Source: an uncultured Gammaproteobacteria bacterium | GTDB lineage: Bacteria > Pseudomonadota > Gammaproteobacteria > CAWCPV01 | DNA length: 64,000 nucleotides | Assembly (NCBI GenBank): GCA_963797555.1 | Contig: CAWCPV010000002.1 | Span: 205,561 to 269,560 of the forward strand | Reading direction: 5' to 3' | Shown: positions 55,486 through 64,000 of the stretch, piece after piece | How the letters are laid out: every line of letters begins with the position of its first letter | How positions within the stretch are numbered: position 1 is the first letter of the stretch | The notes under the pieces: model-generated | The model's database searches: none | What the model was told of the DNA's origin: nothing | Seen by the model: the letters and a program-made list of their open reading frames with translations, nothing else | Position numbers and translations under genes: made by a program

Positions 55486-58400
55486 TCAAGGCCTCCGGTC
55501 CTCGTGCATACCCGACCGCGGCTCCTCTGCGGCAAGCATCGGGCCCAGGATCTGCCGGGCGAGCCGGCGGAACTCCGGTCCGAGGGGCTCCGCGACATCC
55601 CGGAAAGCGAGGCTCACGTACGCGCCTTCCCTCTCCCCCGGCCTATTGAAGCCGCGTTCCCACGCCTTCCAGGCGGCGCCGCGCGCCTGATCGTCGTCCC
55701 TGCCGTCGGCAACGGCCCGAGCGTAGGCATGGGAGGTCTCCGGAAACAGCGCGAGGGGCTGCGAGAGGCCGCGCCAGTATTCCTCGATCAGGGCCGTAAG
55801 GAGCGCCTGCGGGGCCTCCAGAGGGCGGTAGCGAACGTCCGTGTCCTCGGCGAGGTGCACGCTCCGCAGCTCACAGCCCTGGGGTGCGACCGCGTTCAGG
55901 ACCAAGTGCCGGACCCACAGCCGCAGCCTGTCCTTCGCCTTGACCTTGGTCGCCCGGTAGCTTACCAGCCCGTCTGCGGTCAGTCCCGCGAGCCAGCCGC
56001 GCAGCCGGAACTCCCCGAGCGGGAGGTCCACCTCCAGCGGCTCCCGCTCCACGGCGAGGCGCTCCCTCACCCGGCCGGCAAGCTCGGCGACCGGGTCGAT
56101 GGCCGCGGCGAACGAGCGCGTCCCCGTCTCGCCGACCGGCAAGGCCCCCCGCCCCCGGAGCACCGGCAGGAAGGTCTCCTCCAGCGTCTCTCCGGCGAGT
56201 ACCCGCTGCAGGGCCTCCTGTTTGAGGCCGTAAGCAGCGAGACCGTCCAGGGAGAATGCCTCGGCGTCCTCCGGAGCCTCATCCGCCTCTTCCAGGTGCA
56301 CCCCCAGGCGCTGTCGCAGGAAACCCCTGGCCGGATCGTCGAAGAAGCGCACGAGGTCGTTCAGCTCCACCTCCGGCGGTTCCGGCTCCAGGGCCGGGAG
56401 GGGCTCGCCTGCGAAGGGTCGGGGCGCCGCCGCTGCTGCGGCGGGCACTGGAGGCAGCCACTCCGAGGCGTAGCTGAACAGCCGCGGGTGCGCCCCGTCG
56501 AAGTAACGCGGGCTGAACGGCTGCAGCGGGTGTTCGGTAACCACCTGAGCCCGCACACCGCCCGCACAGGTGAACGCCTGCTCCAGGTAGTCCAGCAACT
56601 CGCTCACCAGCACCGAGGGCACCTGCGGGCTATTGTCCCGGACGTTCCTTCCCACGTAGCTGAGGTACAGCGCCTTGCGCGCCGACAGCACGGCCTCCAG
56701 GAACAGATAGCGGTCCTCCTCCCGCCGCGAGCGGTCGCCGGGGCGCGGCTCGGCGGCCATCAGGTCGAAGCTGGGCGGCCGGTGCGGGCGGGGGAACTCC
56801 GCCCCGTTCATGCCGAGCAGACAAACGACTCGGAACGGAATGGCGCGCAGCGACCCGAGCCCGCCGAAGGTGACCGCCCCGGAGAGCACCGGCGCGGCGC
56901 CGCTACGCTCGTCGAGCGCCGCTGCGAGACGGGAGCGCGTCACCTCGCGCCCGAAGCGGCCGTGAAATCCCGCCGCCGCGGCCTCCTCGGCCAGGGAGGC
57001 GGCAGCATCGCGGATCGCCTGCAGAGCCGTCAGGTCGTCCTCCTCCGGTGCCAGGAAGCCGTCCAGCAGCTCGCCGACCAAGGCGCGCCACTCGGCGGCG
57101 GAGTAGCTCCCCGAGAGGCGCCCCTGCCAGCGCGCGAGGGCGTCGACGAAGCGCTGCAGGAGGCCGAGCGGCACCGCGCTGTTTCCTTCCACGTGGGGAT
57201 AGGGCAGCACCCCGCGGTAGAGACGCTCCTCGGGCGGCATGGCGTAGCCCAGGAACAGGCGCCGCAGCCCGAAAGCCCAACTGTTCTCTTCATAGGCGGG
57301 GAGGTTCAGCGCCTCGCGGCTCGACCCGGCCGCGCCCCAGCGGATGCCGCTCTCGCGCACCCAGCGGCGCACCGCAAGCAGGCCCTGCGCGTCGAGCCCG
57401 AGGCGCCGCATCACCGCCGAGAGATCGAGCAGCGAGAGCACCTCGCTCGCCGTAAGGCGGCTGAGCGGCAGGTCGATGAGGGCGAGTGCCGCCCGTACCA
57501 GGGGGTGGCCCGCGGAGACGCCGCGCTCGGCCATGGCGAAGGGAATGGCCCGGTCTGCTGCGGCGCTCCCGAACACCGCCTCCACCAGCGGTGCGTAAGC
57601 GCCGATGTCGGAGGCCATCACCGCCACCTGCCGCGGCTCCAAGTCGGGCCGGCGCTGGAACAGCTCGAGCAGCCGGTCATGGAGGACCTGGACCTCGCGC
57701 AGCGCGCTGTGGCAGCTATGGACCTCGACCGAGACGTCGTCCTCGCGCAGCGGCAGCGCCGGGGCGTCCGGCTCGCGACCGCGGTTCACCAGGGCCAGCA
57801 GGTCGTCCTGGAGGACGCCGAGCAGCGTCCCCTCACCGGCAGGCTCGAAGTCGTCCCGATCCTGGTGCCGGTAGTCCTGAAGCTGGGAGACGAATGCCTG
57901 GGCCATGCGCCCGAGCGAGGCCATGAGCGGATTCCCCAGATCGGCGTAGGCGCTGTCGTCGACCCCTCCAGCGCGGCGGCGCCGGTCCCTGCGCCGGGCG
58001 AGCCGCCGCGGATCGTCCAGGTCGGCGGTGTACTCCTCGGATGCCGTGAGGCAGAACAGGTGCACTTCGGTGCGCTCGGCGATGCGGGCGAGCAGATCCA
58101 GGTAGCTCGGCGACAGCGCCGGCACGGCGAACAGGGACACCCGCGGCGGTAGCCGGTCCGCCATACCTTGCGCGTTCAGGGCTTGCAGGAAGGCATCATG
58201 CACCCGCACCCAGTGGTCCGCGGGACCTTGCTGCACCAGCCGGCGCCACAGCCGCGCCTGCCAGTGCTGCTCTTCTCCCCGCTCCCAGCGCCGGACCCAG
58301 TCGGGGCGGTACACCAGGTACTGGTCCAGGACGGCGGCGATGCGCCCGGCCAGGCGGTAGCGCTTCAGCTCGTCGCCGCCCGCGAGATAACGGCGCACCG

Positions 58401-58746
58401 GCTCGAGGCCCGGCTCGCCCTGCACCTCGCCGAGCAGCTCGAACAGGCGCCAGGCGAGGACTTCGGGCGCATAGGACGAGCGGCGAGACACCGCGGGCAG
58501 GACGGCCCGAAACACCTCCCAGAGGAAGCCGGCGGGGAGCGGGAAGGCCACGTTGGCGCAGACGCCCAGGCGCTCGGCGAGAGCGAGCGACAGCCAGCGG
58601 GCCATGCCCTGGCCCTGGACCACCACCTGCTCCGGGCGCAGGGCATCGCCGAGCGGCTCGGCGAGCACTCGCGCGAGCCCGTCCGCCAGACGCTCGGCAC
58701 GGTTGCTGCGGTAGACGGTCAGCACGGCGATTCGGGGGACGCTCAT
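55486..58746 (-). CDS. recC: Exodeoxyribonuclease V gamma subunit
   Basis: ATG after GGAGG; VYRSNRAERL, GMARWL, DQYLVYRPDW, HSCHSALREVQVLHD, RAIPFRVVCLLGMN, HPLQPFS. Confidence 0.95.
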   Translation of the reverse strand: MSVPRIAVLTVYRSNRAERLADGLARVLAEPLGDALRPEQVVVQGQGMARWLSLALAERLGVCANVAFPLPAGFLWEVFRAVLPAVSRRSSYAPEVLAWRLFELLGEVQGEPGLEPVRRYLAGGDELKRYRLAGRIAAVLDQYLVYRPDWVRRWERGEEQHWQARLWRRLVQQGPADHWVRVHDAFLQALNAQGMADRLPPRVSLFAVPALSPSYLDLLARIAERTEVHLFCLTASEEYTADLDDPRRLARRRDRRRRAGGVDDSAYADLGNPLMASLGRMAQAFVSQLQDYRHQDRDDFEPAGEGTLLGVLQDDLLALVNRGREPDAPALPLREDDVSVEVHSCHSALREVQVLHDRLLELFQRRPDLEPRQVAVMASDIGAYAPLVEAVFGSAAADRAIPFAMAERGVSAGHPLVRAALALIDLPLSRLTASEVLSLLDLSAVMRRLGLDAQGLLAVRRWVRESGIRWGAAGSSREALNLPAYEENSWAFGLRRLFLGYAMPPEERLYRGVLPYPHVEGNSAVPLGLLQRFVDALARWQGRLSGSYSAAEWRALVGELLDGFLAPEEDDLTALQAIRDAAASLAEEAAAAGFHGRFGREVTRSRLAAALDERSGAAPVLSGAVTFGGLGSLRAIPFRVVCLLGMNGAEFPRPHRPPSFDLMAAEPRPGDRSRREEDRYLFLEAVLSARKALYLSYVGRNVRDNSPQVPSVLVSELLDYLEQAFTCAGGVRAQVVTEHPLQPFSPRYFDGAHPRLFSYASEWLPPVPAAAAAAPRPFAGEPLPALEPEPPEVELNDLVRFFDDPARGFLRQRLGVHLEEADEAPEDAEAFSLDGLAAYGLKQEALQRVLAGETLEETFLPVLRGRGALPVGETGTRSFAAAIDPVAELAGRVRERLAVEREPLEVDLPLGEFRLRGWLAGLTADGLVSYRATKVKAKDRLRLWVRHLVLNAVAPQGCELRSVHLAEDTDVRYRPLEAPQALLTALIEEYWRGLSQPLALFPETSHAYARAVADGRDDDQARGAAWKAWERGFNRPGEREGAYVSLAFRDVAEPLGPEFRRLARQILGPMLAAEEPRSGMHEDRRP

Positions 58747-59052
58747 CCTCCTGGTCAGCGAACTATAATGGTCGAAGCCGGCGGTACTCCAGAGGCTTCG
58801 GGGGCGACTGGGAGTCGGGGCGGTTCCGGCGCCATCGGCGTCGGGCAGGCGCACCCGTCGCCGCCGACCTCGTCCGCAAGGGCAATCGCGATCAGGTCGA
58901 CAGCGTCGACGCACCCGCCGAACGCCTGTCGAATTGACTGATTCCGGCACCTCGATTTAGGAGCTATCAAGCAGCGCGCTTGGATGTCGTATCATAGGTC
59001 CTCCGTCCAAGTGATGGTCGACGCCTGTCAACGGCGGGGGAGGGGTCGCACC

Positions 59053-60708
59053 ATGAGAATGCGGGCCGTTGAACAAGCGAAGCACGCCGCGGCATCCCAC
59101 TGCACGCGCGTGCCGAGCGGTTTGTTGCAGCGCAAGTGTGCGTGCGGTGCCACGCCGGGTGCAGACGGCAGGTGTGCCGACTGCCGGAACGAACGCGTGC
59201 CACGCTCGGCAACGCAGCCAGAGGGGCCGGCACAGATTCCTTCCGTCGTTCACGAGGTCTTGCGTGCGCCCGGGGAGCCGCTCGACGCCGAGACGCGCCG
59301 GTCCATGGAGGCGCGTTTTGGCCGCGTGTCGGAGCACGGAGAGGACTTTCACGCGCCGATCGCCGCGGCGCCACTCACCATCAGCCCCGCCGCGGATCCG
59401 CTCGAACGGCGAGCCGACAACGTTGCGGCACAGGCGATGCGGCCGCAATCCGCCGACGGCCATGCGCCGCGCTGGGATTTCAGCCGCGTCCGTGTTCACG
59501 CGGACACGCGAGCCGCACAATCCGCGCAGGTCCTGAATGCTCTCGCCTACACGGTAGGCGAGAGCATCGTCTTCGGGAGCGGACGATTTGCCCCCCGCGG
59601 CCACGAAGGACAGCACCTGCTGGCGCACGAATTGGCGCACACGCTGCAGGCCCAGGGGGCTCGCATCGCGCGTCAACCCGACCCAGCCAAGGTGCTGTCC
59701 AGACCACACCGGCCCACACTGCCTCCATACAAGCCGGCGCCTCCACCTGCACCGCGCCGGGCGGACGTCCCGGCGGGCGTGGCGCCCTGCTTGACCGGCA
59801 AGATATGCGAGCCGCCGGTGCCAGGCTCGGCATGGGACTTTGGCAAGCGAGCAGAGAAGCAGAGCACCGCCCGCCCCAAGACGCCGACACCAGCAAAGGA
59901 GGTCAAGCGGGCCGCGAATGAATCCTCGCCCGGAATCCTCAAGGACATCTTCGAGGTCACGGTCAACCCGGGACTCTCGGAGTCCGTCGCGGCGCAGGTT
60001 GACACCTGCAAGGAATTCAACGTCGCGGCCGCGGGCGCGTCGGCGTCTTGTATTGAGGTCCCCAAGGCATTGGAGGAGGAAGCCGCGCGGTTCAATCAAG
60101 GTCTGATGTGCGTCGACGAGGCCAAGGGCGCAGATCCGCTCGCGTGCCTGGACCGAGACCATTGGCAGTATCGGTTGATTTCGGTCATGACCCACGAGGT
60201 GGCGCACGTCACCTTCCGCCACCCCACACCCGCGGGAATCTCGTCACGCACGCGCAACGAGATCACGTTGCACGAGGTCAGCGAGCTGTATGCTCAACTG
60301 AGCGAGTTCCCGGTCCACTACCGCAGGACTGCATCTATCGTCTCGCTGTATGGAGACAAGCAGAAAGCGCGTGAGGTGTTCCATACGTCGATCGACGCCT
60401 GGATCAAGATCCATGTCGAGTCGTCAGGCGAGGGCATCCGCGGGATGCTGACGAAATTACGCTGCATCAACACGTGTGGAACAGTCACCGTGCTGGTGAC
60501 GAGTCTCGTGCAGTCGGTCACCGCAGCGTGGCCAGAGGAGATGAAGAACCTCCTCCTGCAGGGGCTGCACGATGTCGACAAGCTGGACTGGCCGATGCCT
60601 GCCCCTATCTCGTTCCCGGCGCCGACGCATCCGAAAATGCCTCCGCTGTACCAGCCGCGCGGAACGTTCATCCCCGAGATCGAAAAGTCGATCGAAAACC
60701 TGCCCTGA
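59053..60708 (+). CDS. DUF4157 (eCIS core) domain protein with a novel C-terminal region
   Basis: LLQRKCACG, DFSRVRVHAD, ALAYTVG..IVFG, LLAHELAHTLQ; a second HExxH (THEVAH) downstream. Confidence 0.8.
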   Translation: MRMRAVEQAKHAAASHCTRVPSGLLQRKCACGATPGADGRCADCRNERVPRSATQPEGPAQIPSVVHEVLRAPGEPLDAETRRSMEARFGRVSEHGEDFHAPIAAAPLTISPAADPLERRADNVAAQAMRPQSADGHAPRWDFSRVRVHADTRAAQSAQVLNALAYTVGESIVFGSGRFAPRGHEGQHLLAHELAHTLQAQGARIARQPDPAKVLSRPHRPTLPPYKPAPPPAPRRADVPAGVAPCLTGKICEPPVPGSAWDFGKRAEKQSTARPKTPTPAKEVKRAANESSPGILKDIFEVTVNPGLSESVAAQVDTCKEFNVAAAGASASCIEVPKALEEEAARFNQGLMCVDEAKGADPLACLDRDHWQYRLISVMTHEVAHVTFRHPTPAGISSRTRNEITLHEVSELYAQLSEFPVHYRRTASIVSLYGDKQKAREVFHTSIDAWIKIHVESSGEGIRGMLTKLRCINTCGTVTVLVTSLVQSVTAAWPEEMKNLLLQGLHDVDKLDWPMPAPISFPAPTHPKMPPLYQPRGTFIPEIEKSIENLP

Positions 60709-61073
60709 CGGGACTCCCCGCGCAGGCACCCCGCCGGCCTGCAGAGCCCGCCTGGATTGTTGACCCGGTCCGCGATTCGCCGAGATGCCTCACGGTGCGC
60801 CCCGATTGCTCAGCAGGAACTGGATGCGAAGTGGAATGGAGGGCGGGCACGGACGCGGGCCTACCGGGGCGGCGAGTGCGTTCAGACGAGCGAGATCTGT
60901 CGATTTCCTCCGTGTTTGCGTGCCGGGGGCGAGATCGTCCAAGTCCCGCTTGGCCGGCTGACGTTGCAAGCGTAACCATGCAGTATATTCGGGCTTGTCA
61001 TCGGCACTTGCCCGCCATTTGAGGAAGGGGTGGGGCGGATGCCATCCACTTCTTTACTGTGCTCGGCACGTTT

Positions 61074-62933
61074 TCACCCGTACACCACAAACCCAGCCGC
61101 CGGCACTCGCACAGACAGCGCCTTGCCGTTCCTCGCCTCGACCGTCGACTTTCCCCCGATCTCACTTTCCTCGCTCGAATACAGACACGTCAGTTCGCTG
61201 CCGGTCGCGTGAAGATCGTTGTCGATGGTCACGAAGGCCGTGGACGGATTGTCCGGGTCCGTATTGATCGCGCACAGCAGCTCGACATCGTTGAAAATCC
61301 GCGACCACGCGACAATCGACCGCATCCTGCCGTCCAGCCACCGCGGAAGGCCGAAGTCCGTTCCGTTGCCCGAAATCTGCCGCAGAAACTGGCGGCCGCG
61401 CCGCAGCGGCGAGTGCTGGCGCCGTATTGCATGAACCTTCGCCAACTCCCGGTATACCGGCTGGTCTTCGCGGAAGAAATGCCGTCCCCGCGAGCGGAAC
61501 GCCCCGAATGCGCCCCCGAACATCGATTCGCGAATGTACCGGTCGGATCCGTCTCCGCCGCCCTGGCCGTCGAACTGCTGCTCCGTGCCGTAATAGATGC
61601 ATGGAATCCCGAGCGTCGTCGCATTCATCGCACTCACCGCCAATGCCAAGCTCGCGAATCCAAAGGCGCAAAACCGGTGCTTCTGATCTCCCTGATCGAC
61701 GTGGTCGTGGTCGTCCACCGACGTTACCAACTTGTCGCGGAACCAGGCGTGCGAGTCTTTCCGGACCAGGAGTGAATTGCGGAAGATGTCGAAGTATTCC
61801 GAGGGCTCGATTTCTCCTTTCACCGCACCGGTCAACTTGATGCGCTCATCGGAAATGCCCAGCGCTGCATCGAGACCGGTCACCTCCAAGCGGTCGAACG
61901 CGAATTCCCGCCCGCCGGTAATCTCGCCGACGATGAAAAAGTTCTCCTTCCCGATCGACTCCGTGAACTCGTGAATCACCGAAGCGAAGAATCGCGCCGC
62001 CCCCGGGTCCATGTGCTTCACGGTGTCCAGCCGGAAGCCGTCCAGGTCGGCAAAGGCTATCCAGAACTTGTATGCCTCGCAGAGGTTGCGTAAAGTCGGC
62101 GAGGCCGAGTAATCGTCGATCTGATCGACGCCGTTCACAATCTTTCGCTCGCCGTGGTGCAGGTCCTTGAGGCCGAAAAAGTCCCCGTCCGCGTACTCGG
62201 GAAAGTAGTCGAAGTTCTTGATGTGGCCTTCGCGCGTGAAGTTGTCGGCTGTCTGAAACTCGGAAGGCCAGATTCCGGCATCCGGGAATGCGCCAGCGCC
62301 GGTCGGATCGATCGGGGCGAACGGAATCGTCGGCTCACCCGCGCGGTCGCGAAACCCGCGTACCGGGAACTGCTGGCCATTCCATGCGGGGTCGTCCGCC
62401 TGGTAACGGAAGACGTCGCCGGAATGGTTGAGGATTACATCCAGAATGATGCGAATGCCCATCGAGTGCGCCGTGGCTACCAGCCGCCGCAGATCCTCGC
62501 GTGTGCCGAAGTGGGGATCCACGTCGAGAAAATGCTGGATCCCGTATCCGTGATAGCTGTCGTCGGCCGGCACCTGCTTGAAAATGGGACTGAGCCACAG
62601 CACCGTTACTCCGAGCCGCTTCAGGTACCCCAGCTTGGACTCGATACCGGACAGCTTGCCCCCGACGAACCGCGTGCCCGCTTCGCGCCACGCGGCGGCA
62701 TCCGTTTCGGTGCCGACGGCGTTGCCATTATCGGTCGGTGTGAAGGGCGGGGTCGTGCCGGTGGTGACCAGATTTTTATCCCGATCCCGGAACAGGTTTT
62801 CGCGTCCGTCGGAGAACCGGTCCGTCATCAGGAAATAGATGACTTCGTCTTCCCAATGTGTCGGGGAAGGAAAGAAGGTCCGGCCGGCCACCAACCGGGC
62901 CAGGTTCAGCTCGCTCAAGGATTTCTCGGCCAT
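61074..62933 (-). CDS. GH13 alpha-amylase family protein
   Basis: IYFLMTDRFSDG, SYHGY, DVILNH, DGFRLDTVKH, VGEI, DDHD, GIPCIYYGTEQ. Confidence 0.9.
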   Translation of the reverse strand: MAEKSLSELNLARLVAGRTFFPSPTHWEDEVIYFLMTDRFSDGRENLFRDRDKNLVTTGTTPPFTPTDNGNAVGTETDAAAWREAGTRFVGGKLSGIESKLGYLKRLGVTVLWLSPIFKQVPADDSYHGYGIQHFLDVDPHFGTREDLRRLVATAHSMGIRIILDVILNHSGDVFRYQADDPAWNGQQFPVRGFRDRAGEPTIPFAPIDPTGAGAFPDAGIWPSEFQTADNFTREGHIKNFDYFPEYADGDFFGLKDLHHGERKIVNGVDQIDDYSASPTLRNLCEAYKFWIAFADLDGFRLDTVKHMDPGAARFFASVIHEFTESIGKENFFIVGEITGGREFAFDRLEVTGLDAALGISDERIKLTGAVKGEIEPSEYFDIFRNSLLVRKDSHAWFRDKLVTSVDDHDHVDQGDQKHRFCAFGFASLALAVSAMNATTLGIPCIYYGTEQQFDGQGGGDGSDRYIRESMFGGAFGAFRSRGRHFFREDQPVYRELAKVHAIRRQHSPLRRGRQFLRQISGNGTDFGLPRWLDGRMRSIVAWSRIFNDVELLCAINTDPDNPSTAFVTIDNDLHATGSELTCLYSSEESEIGGKSTVEARNGKALSVRVPAAGFVVYG

Positions 62934-63509
62934 CACACCCTCCGCTATCGTCGCGCTGTGCTTGCGTCTCGGATTTCTAAAGAAGGTCAGGTCGTCCGGC
63001 ACAAGGCGCAGCTCTGCTCCTGTCATCCACATGCTATTGCCAGGAGTGATACTGGTTTGTGGCCGCCCAAAAGCTGCGTAAACGCAGATTGTTCGTGTTC
63101 TTAGATCCGCATTGCCCCCAACCCCTGCACGGACGCGATCGCCGCCTTGCCGTTAGAGGCGCCGCGCCTTCCCTGAAATCAGAATGTAAGTGTGGTTGCT
63201 CGGAACCTCGCCGCCTTCCAAATAGAACCGGGCACTATCGCACTCGATGCCCTTGCCACGGTCTGGCCGGGATGTATTAGTGGTCACCTTTATAGTTTCT
63301 ATGACGGCGTGACGGCAATTGGGGTAAACCCTCAGACTAATTGGGGAATCCACTTAGGAAGATCTCCACGGCGGTAATCGCCTTGTCGATCAAACAGGGT
63401 CTTACGCAGTAGGCGTGGACGCGCTGGGTGGCGCCCGGATTCCGCCGCGCTGCATCCCGCGCACGCATGGTCGAGGAGGAGTGCGCTCAGCGGGACGCGG
63501 ATACGTCGG

Positions 63510-63720
63510 CGTGAGGCGTGTCCTCGATGCGTCGATTGCCGTAGAGCAACTTCCTCGCGCTACGGCGGGTCGACGAGCGGCCGAGATACTGGACGAAGCC
63601 TTGCTGGTCGCGCCCGAGCAACCGGATGTGGAAGTCCTGTCCGTGCTTCGGCGGGCCGTCCTGGGCGGACGGCTGGACGAGCGGCGGGCGGCAGCGGCGC
63701 TGGCGTTTGCGGAGCAACCT
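63510..63720 (+). pseudogene. PIN/VapC toxin remnant
   Basis: VLDASIAVE..LVAPEQPDVEVLSVLRRAV..GRLDERRA..AL, then degenerates. Confidence 0.55.
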
Positions 63721-63846
63721 AAGCGCCAACAACGCAGTCTATGTCGCAGCCGCCCGACAGTGTGGGGCCACGCTGCACGGACTGGGTGGCGGAAGGACGT
63801 TCCGTCGGACGATCTCGGCCGCTGCCCGGCGGGGGAGCCAGGCACT

Positions 63847-64000
63847 TACTAAGTCCATTTTAAGTAAAGCCATATGTTGGTACAATGGGGGCATGAAATG
63901 CAAGCGCGAATCGGACGGGCGCAAGCTCGATCATAGGAGCCTGCAGGTGCTGCGCCAGCAAGCCGTGAAAGCGGTGCGTCACGGACAGACGGTACAGAGC
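63847..64000 (+). mobile_element. Left end of an IS630-family element; transposase starts at 63893 and runs off the window
   Basis: AT-rich end beginning at TA; MKCKRESDGRKLDHRSLQVLRQQAVKAV is an IS630-type N-terminus. Confidence 0.7.

Overview
High-GC proteobacterial chromosome segment (Gamma/Beta-like; RecBCD and H-NS present). From left to right: (1) 1-12.9 kb, a glycogen/trehalose operon (glgE end, treS-pep2 fusion, glgX, treZ, malQ-treY fusion). (2) 13-17.5 kb, IS debris (ISAzo13, an intact IS630, a RAYT remnant), hns and a truncated P450. (3) 17.5-47.2 kb, a type III-B CRISPR-Cas island: cas6, NE0113-family CARF, cmr1-cas10-cmr3-[vapBC]-cmr4-cmr5 (truncated; no cmr6), a 20-repeat array, a cas2-cas1-cas1*-cas2 module, Card1-like and TIGR02710-like CARF effectors, Uma2, MNT-HEPN, ADP-ribosylglycohydrolase, DUF2130 and IS66. 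A glycosyltransferase insert sits inside it between 520-bp direct repeats, next to an ISCR/IS91 oriIS. (4) 47-59 kb, an Xre-RES pair and recD-recB-[TA]-recC. (5) A DUF4157 protein, a GH13 amylase, a PIN remnant and the start of an IS630. Most notable observations: a 141-bp palindromic element in two copies, one inserted in recB as an open 48-codon frame whose peptide resembles Rickettsia RPE-1; an oriented palindrome GSCC-GCAAGCTTGY upstream of several CRISPR-island genes (candidate operator, perhaps cOA-responsive); an ISCR-built structure resembling a complex class 1 integron; and a probably inactive Cas1 paralogue beside two Cas2 genes. Several single-base frameshifts could be sequencing errors or real decay. 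All family calls come from motif recognition by eye, not database searches.
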